NCBI GenBank assembly: GCA_003144275.1
Contig: NJBF01000018.1
Span: 30,001-62,000 of the forward strand
Reading direction: 5' to 3'
Source: Candidatus Heimdallarchaeota archaeon B3_Heim
GTDB taxonomy: Archaea; Asgardarchaeota; Heimdallarchaeia; Hodarchaeales; Hodarchaeaceae
DNA length: 32,000 nt
Shown here: positions 10,368-18,678 of the stretch, in pieces
Layout: the number at the start of each line of letters is the position of its first letter
How positions within the stretch are numbered: position 1 is the first letter of the stretch
Translations under genes and position numbers: made by a program
Notes under the pieces: generated by a model
The model's database searches: none
Told to the model about the DNA's origin: nothing
Seen by the model: the letters and a program-made list of their open reading frames with translations, nothing else

Positions 10368-11063
10368 ATGTCCCCTTTTATGCTATCGTGGACAAGGTTT
10401 TGTTACCTTGACACGGAATATATGAGACCCGATTATCGGGTTGCTCCCCTAGACAAATTTTCTTCGTCAAATGTGGAGCTATTTAGTATCCAGTTCGCTC
10501 CAATGAAACTGAAGAGGAATCGTAATTCCATCCCAAAACTTAACGTTTTGACTCGTGATTCATCCAAGAGCGAATTAGATATATTGAAAGAATTTTGGCC
10601 TACTTGGAAACTGTTTTTTGGCAATATCACTCGCCCTAAAAGACTTATTCCCATGGGTTTTGTCTTAACTGCTGATTTACAAATACTAGCAAATAAATAC
10701 GACCAATATCGACAAGAAATATCCGAGATGGATCCCAATGCTACCGAGAAACATTTCAATCTCTCGCATATCTTACAGATTACACGATTTTTTGATCTTC
10801 AATGGCCCTTTCAACTGAAACATGGATTGGTTGATTTATCGCTTTGTGCTGTAGTTGAAAGTTTGAATAACAAAGACACAAAAGATATCATCCAAGAATT
10901 GCTAAAGCCAAATATTGAACAGATGACAAGGACTCAATTAGAACAGCGTTTTGCATCGTATGTTCAAAGAGAATATGAAACAGTTTTAGATCAATTGTGG
11001 ATTGTTCTAAAAAAGACTGGTGGTATTTTTCGTCCGAATCCCTCAAGTAAGCCGATCCCCTAG
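10368..11063 (+). CDS. Putative stand-alone DEDDy (PolB-proofreading-like) 3'-5' exonuclease
   Basis: YLDTE (ExoI), SELDILKEF, PMGFVLTADLQIL (ExoII), FFDL, SL, and YVQRE (ExoIII-like) occur in PolB exonuclease order. AAGGAG RBS upstream. Confidence 0.6.
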   Translation: MSPFMLSWTRFCYLDTEYMRPDYRVAPLDKFSSSNVELFSIQFAPMKLKRNRNSIPKLNVLTRDSSKSELDILKEFWPTWKLFFGNITRPKRLIPMGFVLTADLQILANKYDQYRQEISEMDPNATEKHFNLSHILQITRFFDLQWPFQLKHGLVDLSLCAVVESLNNKDTKDIIQELLKPNIEQMTRTQLEQRFASYVQREYETVLDQLWIVLKKTGGIFRPNPSSKPIP

Positions 11064-11237
11064 CGACAGTAAGTAGAATAACTGGGAGGGATGATTTTTT
11101 TCTCAAAAGGAAAGAAAAGAGTAGATTGAAAACAGAAAAGCAAAATTCATCTTATATAATATTTTTAAATAAGGATCCAAAAGAAACGTCTAAAACACGT
11201 AAAGGGGGAGGAGATCTGTCGAACAGTGATAATAAAT

Positions 11238-11972
11238 CTAATTATTTCCCTTAACTTTTCTAAAGAGATGTTCAAGTGCTTTTTGCAATGATATGTTTGC
11301 GGATTCAAAATCCTCCCTTCTAATTGTAACTAGACTGTCATGAGCTCCTAAATCCCCAAAAAATTTAGTTTTAGATTTAAGATCTTGTGCTAGAAAATTA
11401 GATAACAATCCAATTCCCATAATTATGTCAATCTTCTTCGGAAGACTATAAGGAACGTGGGAGGAGTTATACAATGCATCATCATCACCCTTCCCAATCT
11501 TAAGTGCAATATGAAGACTTGTTTCAAGAGCTTTTCTTAACATTGGTGATCCTGCTTCGAATAAACCATTTTCATAACATTTCCACGCTTCTTCTAAGGT
11601 ACGAATTATGTTCTTACTTTTAATCAAGTTTAATAATTCGCTATAATATCTGATATCCATAATTTGAAAATTATATTCAAAATCCTTTAATTTTCCTAAA
11701 ATAAATTCAACCATTATTCGATCTACATAAAGCATTATCTTTTTAAATTGGAATGCTGGAATTCTGACATTAATAGAAGAAGGAAAACTATAAATTTTTA
11801 TCTTTGGGAAGTTTTTTACCATATCTACGATACTTGAGGTAATATCAAGGAAAACGTCTCCAGATCCGGAAAATAGTTGTGAGAGTTCACCTATGCTTTG
11901 TAATATTGGAGTTTTGAATTCATTCTTATAATTATACCATCTAGGATCAGTTTCTCCAACAAATTCAAACAA
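11238..11972 (-). CDS. DUF4145 (HEPN-superfamily) domain protein
   Basis: C-terminal half EEAWKCYENGLFEAGSPMLRKALE...LPKKID...KFFGDLGAH matches the DUF4145 pattern (EA..c...A..M.R.ALE / R..GN.AAH). TTG start is uncertain. Confidence 0.7.
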   Translation of the reverse strand: MFEFVGETDPRWYNYKNEFKTPILQSIGELSQLFSGSGDVFLDITSSIVDMVKNFPKIKIYSFPSSINVRIPAFQFKKIMLYVDRIMVEFILGKLKDFEYNFQIMDIRYYSELLNLIKSKNIIRTLEEAWKCYENGLFEAGSPMLRKALETSLHIALKIGKGDDDALYNSSHVPYSLPKKIDIIMGIGLLSNFLAQDLKSKTKFFGDLGAHDSLVTIRREDFESANISLQKALEHLFRKVKGNN

Positions 11973-12023
11973 TTCAATAAGCTAATTGTTAATCCAGTCA
12001 AACAAATTGATCGCCGTATCCTA

Positions 12024-12608
12024 ATGTATACAAATATTTTCCTGTTTCTCCAATTAGCAATAAATTTGGTGATAATAGTAATTCTAAGAGTGTTATATCC
12101 GAATTTGTTAGATTTTACTAGTTATACCTCAGAATCAACCTCCATTATTTGGTTAGTCGGGTGTGCTTTTTGTATGATAAATATAATTGCCAATTTATTT
12201 ATTGGCTGGAAATGGACTAATTCTGGTTTAAATAATCCAAATGGATTACATTGGTTTATAGGGTACATTATATACCTTGCAGTGATTGGAATAGGAGTAT
12301 TTTCTGTTCAAAGTATCTTTCCCTCTATCAAAGGAATTTTACTTTGGCCATTTTCAGGGATAGTTATGATTGGTGCCCTTAGCTATTTTATCGTAGTTTT
12401 TGGGTTATTTCTTGTCGGATTGGATGTTCTTGTGTCTCCAGTAGCTACAGGTCAGGGTGATGCTTGGATCGGATTTGTTTTTATGGCTGGTATGTTCTTC
12501 ATGGTAGCCAGTTTTTTTCTACTCTTTATACCCATGATAACGTATTCTACAGGTGTTTACCTAGCTAATTGGCAGACTAAACGACGACTATTGAGGTCAA
12601 GGGATTGA
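12024..12608 (+). CDS. Hypothetical integral membrane protein (about 5 TM)
   Basis: 194 aa, mostly hydrophobic. Its stop overlaps the next gene's TTG start (TTGA), suggesting an operon. Confidence 0.7.
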   Translation: MYTNIFLFLQLAINLVIIVILRVLYPNLLDFTSYTSESTSIIWLVGCAFCMINIIANLFIGWKWTNSGLNNPNGLHWFIGYIIYLAVIGIGVFSVQSIFPSIKGILLWPFSGIVMIGALSYFIVVFGLFLVGLDVLVSPVATGQGDAWIGFVFMAGMFFMVASFFLLFIPMITYSTGVYLANWQTKRRLLRSRD

Positions 12609-13204
12609 ATTCTATGGATGAAGAACTCTTTTTTAGGATACTCTTCATCTCGATCTATGCAGTCTTTGCTGGAGTGAGAATCTATTTCAGGAGCCAGAAT
12701 CTTGGTAGATCAAGTGAGAAAGAGCATACTCAGAAGACCAAATCCATAATAGTCCTGATGCTCGCAATTCTAGGATACTTTCTGATTATGGGTTTATGGA
12801 TTATTATACCCCAGACTCTGCTTCTGTTCCAATTCGCTTTACCAGTAATATTTCGGTGGTTTGGAGTAGGAATGGCTGTAATCGCTATACTTCTCACCGT
12901 GTGGATTCATCTCACGTTGGGAAAGCAGTACTCTGCAAAGTTGGAGATACAAAAGGACCACAAGTTAATAACAGTGGGGCCTTACAGTAGAGTCCGTCAT
13001 CCAATGTAAACTACTTTAAACTTGTTTTCTCTATCCGTTTCTTTGATTACTGCGAACCTGTTACTCATCTTCCTAGCTGTTTTTGTTGCTATTCCATTCT
13101 ATTGGATAGCTAGGAATGAAGAAAAGATTCTCATAGAACAGTTTGGTGATGAGTACTTAGAGTATATGAAAACCTCAGGACGATTTTTTCCACGACTTAA
13201 TTGA
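12605..13204 (+). pseudogene. Isoprenylcysteine carboxyl methyltransferase (ICMT/PEMT)-family gene with one in-frame nonsense codon
   Basis: LGKQYS..L.IQKDHKLITVGPYSRVRHPM-TAA(13007-13009)-TTLNLFS...EEKILIEQFGDEYLEYMKTSGRFFP. The TAA sits where the conserved Tyr of HPMY belongs, and the frame is unchanged across it (199 codons in total). Confidence 0.85.
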
Positions 13205-13263
13205 TTGATTACATATAGTAAGATATCTTTCCCTACAATACACGAAACGACATGAAAATTTTA

Positions 13264-14052
13264 TTACTTCTTTCTCCGAGTTCTAACCTTAACTCTGGTT
13301 ACGATTAAGCTCATGACACTCAAAACTGAGATCACTTCAAATCCTATAGTGATTTCGTTGGTCTGAGTATCGCTTGTTTTGTCTGCTGTTGTCTGAGTAT
13401 CACTTGTTTCATCTGTTGTTGTTTGGGATCCACCCAAATCTTCCACAATCAATGACCAAGAATTAAGATTTGCTGCCGAAACATCAAAGTAGAAATTTCC
13501 TGCTTCATAGAAATAAGTTTCCCCACTCAATCCGGTAAAATAATCCTTAAAAATGCTATTCCCTACTTCATAAGTAAATACTGAGAAAAACGCATAATCG
13601 GGGGAATCGTAGGTCGTTGTCCATGTGATTTTAACGTTACCAGAACTTGTAAACAGTTTCGTGTTTGCACTTCCAAAACCCGAAAAAGAAGTACTGTACT
13701 CTCCTGATGTATCAGAAGTAGTAATAGTCCATGAATTTAGATTTGCTGCTGAGACGTCAAAATAAAGTGTACCATCATCGTAATAATATGTGGTGCCTTC
13801 CAGACCACTGAATGAACCTTTAAAAATGCTATTTCCTTGTTCATAAATATAGACCGAGAAAAGCGTATAATCGGGGGAATCGTAGGTCGTTGTCCAAACG
13901 ATCTTGACGAAATTGTTGGAAGTGAACGTTGCGGTCGTCTTACTTTCTGTCCCTGTGAATGTATCTCCCACAACGGGTACAACCAAGAATGAAAAAATTA
14001 ACAGGAGAAAAAACACACAAAATAGGAGATTTTTTACATTTCTACACACCAT
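13264..14052 (-). CDS. Surface protein with two tandem ~90-aa beta-rich domains and a C-terminal sorting-signal-like anchor
   Basis: Signal peptide; duplicated WTTTYDSPDY...YFDVSAANLNSW; Thr/Asp linker; IGFE, TM, RTRRKK. Strong GAGGTGA RBS 3 nt before the ATG. Confidence 0.8.
   Translation of the reverse strand: MVCRNVKNLLFCVFFLLLIFSFLVVPVVGDTFTGTESKTTATFTSNNFVKIVWTTTYDSPDYTLFSVYIYEQGNSIFKGSFSGLEGTTYYYDDGTLYFDVSAANLNSWTITTSDTSGEYSTSFSGFGSANTKLFTSSGNVKITWTTTYDSPDYAFFSVFTYEVGNSIFKDYFTGLSGETYFYEAGNFYFDVSAANLNSWSLIVEDLGGSQTTTDETSDTQTTADKTSDTQTNEITIGFEVISVLSVMSLIVTRVKVRTRRKK
13361..13420. repeat. Two tandem imperfect 30-bp copies encoding the linker TTDETSDTQT/TADKTSDTQT
   Basis: gtctgagtatcgcttgttttgtctgctgtt followed by gtctgagtatcacttgtttcatctgttgtt. 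Confidence 0.8.
13594..13896. repeat. Exact 30-bp direct repeat, 273 bp (91 codons) apart
   Basis: ataatcgggggaatcgtaggtcgttgtcca at 13594-13623 and 13867-13896. Confidence 0.9.
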
Positions 14053-14269
14053 GATTCACCTCATATTTTCAAGAAGGAAGTTGTTTATTGTCAATTCTTG
14101 GTATATAAAACCTTGTATTTTTTATATTAACCTCAAAGGGGAATTTAATTCATGCCAGTGTTAATCTAACCTGAAAGTAAGAAGAAACTTCTTGAAGAAG
14201 ATGCTTAAACAATATTCTTTGATCAGTTCAATTGGTAAAAGAAAATAGAAAGAGAGAAAAAGTAATCTC

Positions 14270-17200
14270 TTATGAAATCTTTTTCCCTTTTCTGAGGATC
14301 GCATCAATTTTACTATAACTATATTTAGGATATTTAGTTTTAATTTCCTTTTTTATTTCTTGTAAGTTATCGCCCGTATAGAGTCTTTCATACATTTTGT
14401 AGATGTCTTTATATCGGAATCTTCTAATATAAAAGAAGTAACTTGCACCTAACACTGGGATACTAAGACCTGCAATGGTTATCAAAGTACCAGGATCAAT
14501 AGGTATGGTAATACCAAAAATTTCAATTACTGGAGGACCTTGGATATTCTTCACAGTCACATCAATAGATTTTTCAATCTCATTACCTGCTTTATCAACT
14601 GCGCGTATTGTAACAGTATAATCACCATTGCTTACATCAACTGTATCCCATTGCCACATGTATGGTGAAGATGTGGTGATATGTTCTTGGACATCATCGA
14701 TAAGGAATTCCACTCTATCTACTTCGACATTGTCTGTAGCTGTAACTATGATTTCATGTTCACCTGATATTACAACATTATCACTTAAACCAGAATGTGA
14801 AACGATCGTAGGGTCTGTATCATCAGTAGTAAAAGCAAACCTTATATTGATAAAATTCCCAACTAAATCTTCTGCCTTAATGTATAATGTATGCTCTTCT
14901 TCTGTTATAGGAAGAAATTCCGAAAAAGTTGAAGCTAATGGTGCAGATAATACTCGATCACCTGAATTGTCCCAGTTACTCCGAATTTCATTCAGTAGGC
15001 TACTATCCGAGATAGTAAGAACTATCTCTGAATTTGAATTGTGTATAGAGTTGTTTGCAAGATTTGATGTGATTGTAGGTTCAGGATAATGTTCATGGGT
15101 GATAGTAACTGAATTTATTTGTGCTGTTACTAATGAATAGGAATCAGAACTACTTAAATCTGCTTTCCAGCGTAAATCATTACCTGATGTCTCAAAAACA
15201 TTTTCATCTCCAGGATTTACTTGATTCCAAGATGTTCCACCATTTAATGTAATAGCAAAAGCGACAGATGTATCGGTGGGAGTTGAATATGAACTACTCA
15301 AAGTAATTCTCGTTATGGTAGCTGAATCCGAAATAGTATAGACTTTTAATGATTGAGCATAACTTAATGATTCATACTGCCGAGTTCGATGTCTTGCGAT
15401 TTCAACAACATTCAATCCACCCCATCCATCTGCAACATAAGCATAATCGCCAGCAATAAAGACATCATACGCAGAACCAGGGGTATTATAATTACCAACA
15501 AGGGATAAGGGAGAGATGGAGGTGGGATCACTGATATCAATTACTTCTAGTCCATTTGATCCATCTGCTATATAGGCATAATCACCTTCTATGTACACTC
15601 CACTAGCTGCACCAGTTGTATCAATACCCCCAGCATAGGTTGGAGTAGCTGGATTACTAATGTCTAATACAGTAAAACCTTGTTCTTCTGCCACATAAGC
15701 ATAATCACCTGCCACATACACATCATTATCAAAATAAGGTACTGTAGAATCATAAAATCCAGCAAGGGTTAGGTTGGTGGGATCACTGATGTCTATCACC
15801 TGAAAATCAAGTCTATTCGCTACATAGGCATAATCTCCAGCAATAAAGACCTTTTGAGCAAAACCAGATCCATCATAATCACCAGCAGAGGTTGGGTTGG
15901 TGGGATCACTGATATCTACAACTCGTAAACCTCTGTCATAATCTGCCACATAGGCATAATCTCCATCGACATACACACCAGTAGCTCTACCAGGTGTATC
16001 ATAGCTGCCAGCAAAGGTTGGGTTGGTGGGATCACTAATATCTATCACTTGAAGACCACTATGAAGATCAGCTAAATAAGCGTAATCACCAGCAACATGC
16101 ACACCCCAAGAAGTATTAGGAGTATCATAATTCCCAACAGATATTGAATTCAAAGGATCACTGATATCTACAACGTTTAATCCACTTTCTCCATCTGCTA
16201 CATAAGCATAATCACCAGCAACATGCACATCCCGAGCACGATGATTTGTACTAGCGAAATCGATCGTGTTAGGAGTGACGGAATCACTGATTTTAATTAC
16301 TTGTAATCCATTAGATCCATCTGCTACATAAGCATAATTACCTTCAACATACACACCCTGAGAACTATCTGATGTACCAAAACTATCAACAAAAGATGGT
16401 GTTGTTGGATCACTAATATCTATAACCTGTAATCCACTAGATCCATCTGCAACATAGGCGTAATCACCTTCAACATAAACCTCGTAAGCAGAACCAGGTG
16501 TATCATAGCTGCCAGCAAGGGTTGGGTTGCTGGGATCACTTATGTCTATTACTCGTAATCCACTGGCTGCATCTGCTACATAGGCATAATTACCAGCAAT
16601 AAATACATCACGAGCATCAACAGTGTCGATCATATCAACACCAGTCAGTGTAGTGGGATCACTGATGTCTATAACTTGTAATCCATTAGATCCATCTGCT
16701 ACATAAGCATAATTACCTTCAACATACACACCCTGATAACTATCTGATGGACCAAAACTATCAGCCAAAAATGGAGTAGTAGGATCACTGATATCAAACA
16801 CACGTAAACCGTATGTTCCATTTGCTACATAGGCATAATTACCAGCAACATCCAAATCATACGCTTGATTTAATGTACCAAAAACTGAAACAATACGTTT
16901 AGGTGAAGTAGGATCACTAACATTTAATATATAAAAAGTTCCACCTGCTATATAGGCATTATCACCAGTAACATGCACATCATACCCTTCACTGTTCCAT
17001 TCATCATAAACAGCAGCAAAGGTTGGGGTGGTGGGATCACTGATGTCTATAATTCGTACTCCACCAATTTCATCTGCGATATAGGCATAATTACCTTCAA
17101 CATACACTCCAACAGCTGAACCGGGTGAACCTATAGTTCCAGCTAAACTGAAGCTTTTTTTGGGACTTCTTATTGATCCTGTCCCCCATCCTTCTACATT

Positions 17201-17449
17201 CGTTATGGGATCTCTATAAGTTGTAGAAGTGAAATCCTCGCTGAATTCGACCTGAGAACTATACTTTGCTGTTTCCGTCCGTTTTTGATTTTCTAAATTC
17301 AAAAAATCTTGTTCTAATTGGACAGTTAACGTATTATGCGATTTAGCACTAGAAATCGTTTCTTGCCCATGAATAGGGGCAATAACAAGACCAACTAAGG
17401 CCAATAAAACTATCAATATTTTTAACGGATTGTATTTTGTTGTCACCAC
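14270..17449 (-). CDS. Large surface protein: 14 LVIVD repeats, Ig-like domains, TM anchor and cytoplasmic tail
   Basis: Repeats of the form V.V.G.YAYVADG..GL.V.DISDP. Ig-like segment (VTATDNVEVDRVEFLID...WDT..V.NGDY.V.IRAVDKAGN). Signal peptide; GTG start with AGGTG upstream. Confidence 0.9.
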   Translation of the reverse strand: MVTTKYNPLKILIVLLALVGLVIAPIHGQETISSAKSHNTLTVQLEQDFLNLENQKRTETAKYSSQVEFSEDFTSTTYRDPITNVEGWGTGSIRSPKKSFSLAGTIGSPGSAVGVYVEGNYAYIADEIGGVRIIDISDPTTPTFAAVYDEWNSEGYDVHVTGDNAYIAGGTFYILNVSDPTSPKRIVSVFGTLNQAYDLDVAGNYAYVANGTYGLRVFDISDPTTPFLADSFGPSDSYQGVYVEGNYAYVADGSNGLQVIDISDPTTLTGVDMIDTVDARDVFIAGNYAYVADAASGLRVIDISDPSNPTLAGSYDTPGSAYEVYVEGDYAYVADGSSGLQVIDISDPTTPSFVDSFGTSDSSQGVYVEGNYAYVADGSNGLQVIKISDSVTPNTIDFASTNHRARDVHVAGDYAYVADGESGLNVVDISDPLNSISVGNYDTPNTSWGVHVAGDYAYLADLHSGLQVIDISDPTNPTFAGSYDTPGRATGVYVDGDYAYVADYDRGLRVVDISDPTNPTSAGDYDGSGFAQKVFIAGDYAYVANRLDFQVIDISDPTNLTLAGFYDSTVPYFDNDVYVAGDYAYVAEEQGFTVLDISNPATPTYAGGIDTTGAASGVYIEGDYAYIADGSNGLEVIDISDPTSISPLSLVGNYNTPGSAYDVFIAGDYAYVADGWGGLNVVEIARHRTRQYESLSYAQSLKVYTISDSATITRITLSSSYSTPTDTSVAFAITLNGGTSWNQVNPGDENVFETSGNDLRWKADLSSSDSYSLVTAQINSVTITHEHYPEPTITSNLANNSIHNSNSEIVLTISDSSLLNEIRSNWDNSGDRVLSAPLASTFSEFLPITEEEHTLYIKAEDLVGNFINIRFAFTTDDTDPTIVSHSGLSDNVVISGEHEIIVTATDNVEVDRVEFLIDDVQEHITTSSPYMWQWDTVDVSNGDYTVTIRAVDKAGNEIEKSIDVTVKNIQGPPVIEIFGITIPIDPGTLITIAGLSIPVLGASYFFYIRRFRYKDIYKMYERLYTGDNLQEIKKEIKTKYPKYSYSKIDAILRKGKKIS
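16299..16736. repeat. Identical 63-bp direct repeat within the LVIVD array, 375 bp (125 codons, 3 repeats) apart
   Basis: acttgtaatccattagatccatctgctacataagcataattaccttcaacatacacaccctga at 16299-16361 and 16674-16736. Similarity continues ~27 bp further with 2 mismatches. Confidence 0.9.
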
Positions 17450-17954
17450 TAAATACCCACCTGCGATCTCGTAACATGGTAACTAGTTCTTTTTAAGGTT
17501 AGTCATCATTCAGCAGTATGACGACAGTGTACTATTCATAATCTCCATTTTAATGACAGACCAGAAATTGAACTATCCAGTTTCCGCTTTCACATTTCTT
17601 CTGTATCTGAACTGATAAAGAAATGGTTATAATTAGAAGAAGAAATCATTGAATTGATTTGATCCATGAACCTTTCCAACATTATTCCTCCCTCTCGATT
17701 TTCAGAGGTAGGCCTCCTCACACGCCACTGGAAAGTGGTAATTCCTCTCAAACTTAAGTATCCCCCCGCAAAGCATTGTAGATAGTGAGCGCACGCTTTT
17801 TAATGTCTGTTATATAAAAAGAAGATTAATTGATTCATGAAGTTTTTCTTGGTAGAGGGCATATGAAATGTAATATGAACAAGAATCGATTCAAAGTAGA
17901 TCATCTGTAGGGCTTTAATCGTGCTAGAATTATTATCTTTCAGTTTAGAATTTC

Positions 17955-18341
17955 CTATTTTTGTTTTGAGTAAAAGGAAATCAAATACCCATCTGGATCT
18001 GTGAAAGTAAATTCTCTATCTCCCCAAGACTTATTTTCAATATCATCAATTATTTCTATTTTATTTCGATACTTTTCATATATCTTATCCACATTGGTGA
18101 CGTTAATATAAAATTGAACTCCAGAACCATCAACTCCTCTTGGATGTAACTTATGGTTAATATCAGAGAAGGTCTTTCCAATACCTAAACGATCATTTCC
18201 AATGCGAATAGAAACCCATGTAGGATTGTCTTTATTTGGATAAAATTCATCGATTTCTAACTCTAAAATATCACGGTAGAATTTAATCGAATTTTCTATA
18301 TTGGTTGTATAAATCATAGGTTCTAGTTTCATTACTTTCAC
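17955..18341 (-). CDS. VOC/glyoxalase/bleomycin-resistance-family protein
   Basis: PMIYTTNIENSIKFYRDILEL, FYINVTNVDKIY, KSWGDREFTFTDPDGYLISF. Confidence 0.9.
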   Translation of the reverse strand: MKVMKLEPMIYTTNIENSIKFYRDILELEIDEFYPNKDNPTWVSIRIGNDRLGIGKTFSDINHKLHPRGVDGSGVQFYINVTNVDKIYEKYRNKIEIIDDIENKSWGDREFTFTDPDGYLISFYSKQK

Positions 18342-18585
18342 TTATCCTCTACAAAAATAGATTATTAGATCTACTTTTTCTATTTCTAACTCTTTTAGCA
18401 ATTCTGAATCCCCTCGTGATTAATCATTATTAAAAATGTATATTTCTTAGAAATTCACTAATTTAAGTTCTTTATGTCTAAAATAACAGTATATTCCCAT
18501 ATCAACTTTTTTTCGGAACTGTTCGTTGGTTATATTAAGAAATTTATATGTTAACTTAAGGATACCCCGACTCGAAATATGGAGA

Positions 18586-18604
18586 ACTCCAAGAATCTTG
18601 GAGT
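18586..18604. promoter_or_regulatory. Perfect 9-1-9 palindrome (possible operator, or terminator-associated element)
   Basis: ACTCCAAGA-A-TCTTGGAGT in the intergenic gap upstream of the VOC gene and downstream of the beta-helix gene. Confidence 0.35.
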
Positions 18605-18678
18605 ATTTATTGCTCTAAAAATTTATGTGTTTGGCTTAGTCTCTAGGTTGTATTACTAGTTTCAATTAATATTCTTGC

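Noticed and set aside
12605-13204. Reading the ICMT homologue as evidence of eukaryote-like prenylation or of lipid-anchoring of the neighbouring surface proteins
   Set aside because: ICMT/PEMT-like proteins are widespread in prokaryotes, no prenyltransferase or CaaX substrate is in view, and adjacency alone is insufficient.
15395-17110. Regularly spaced ggatcactgat-type DNA repeats that look superficially like a CRISPR array
   Set aside because: They are imperfect, keep codon-multiple spacing and encode the DISDP motif of LVIVD repeats. No cas genes are present.
17590-17800. GGAGG-preceded 30-aa ORF (17682-17590), and a fragment EEAYL*KSRGRNNV resembling a GGDEF C-terminus
   Set aside because: Too short, interrupted by stops, and with no other GGDEF motifs; likely chance.
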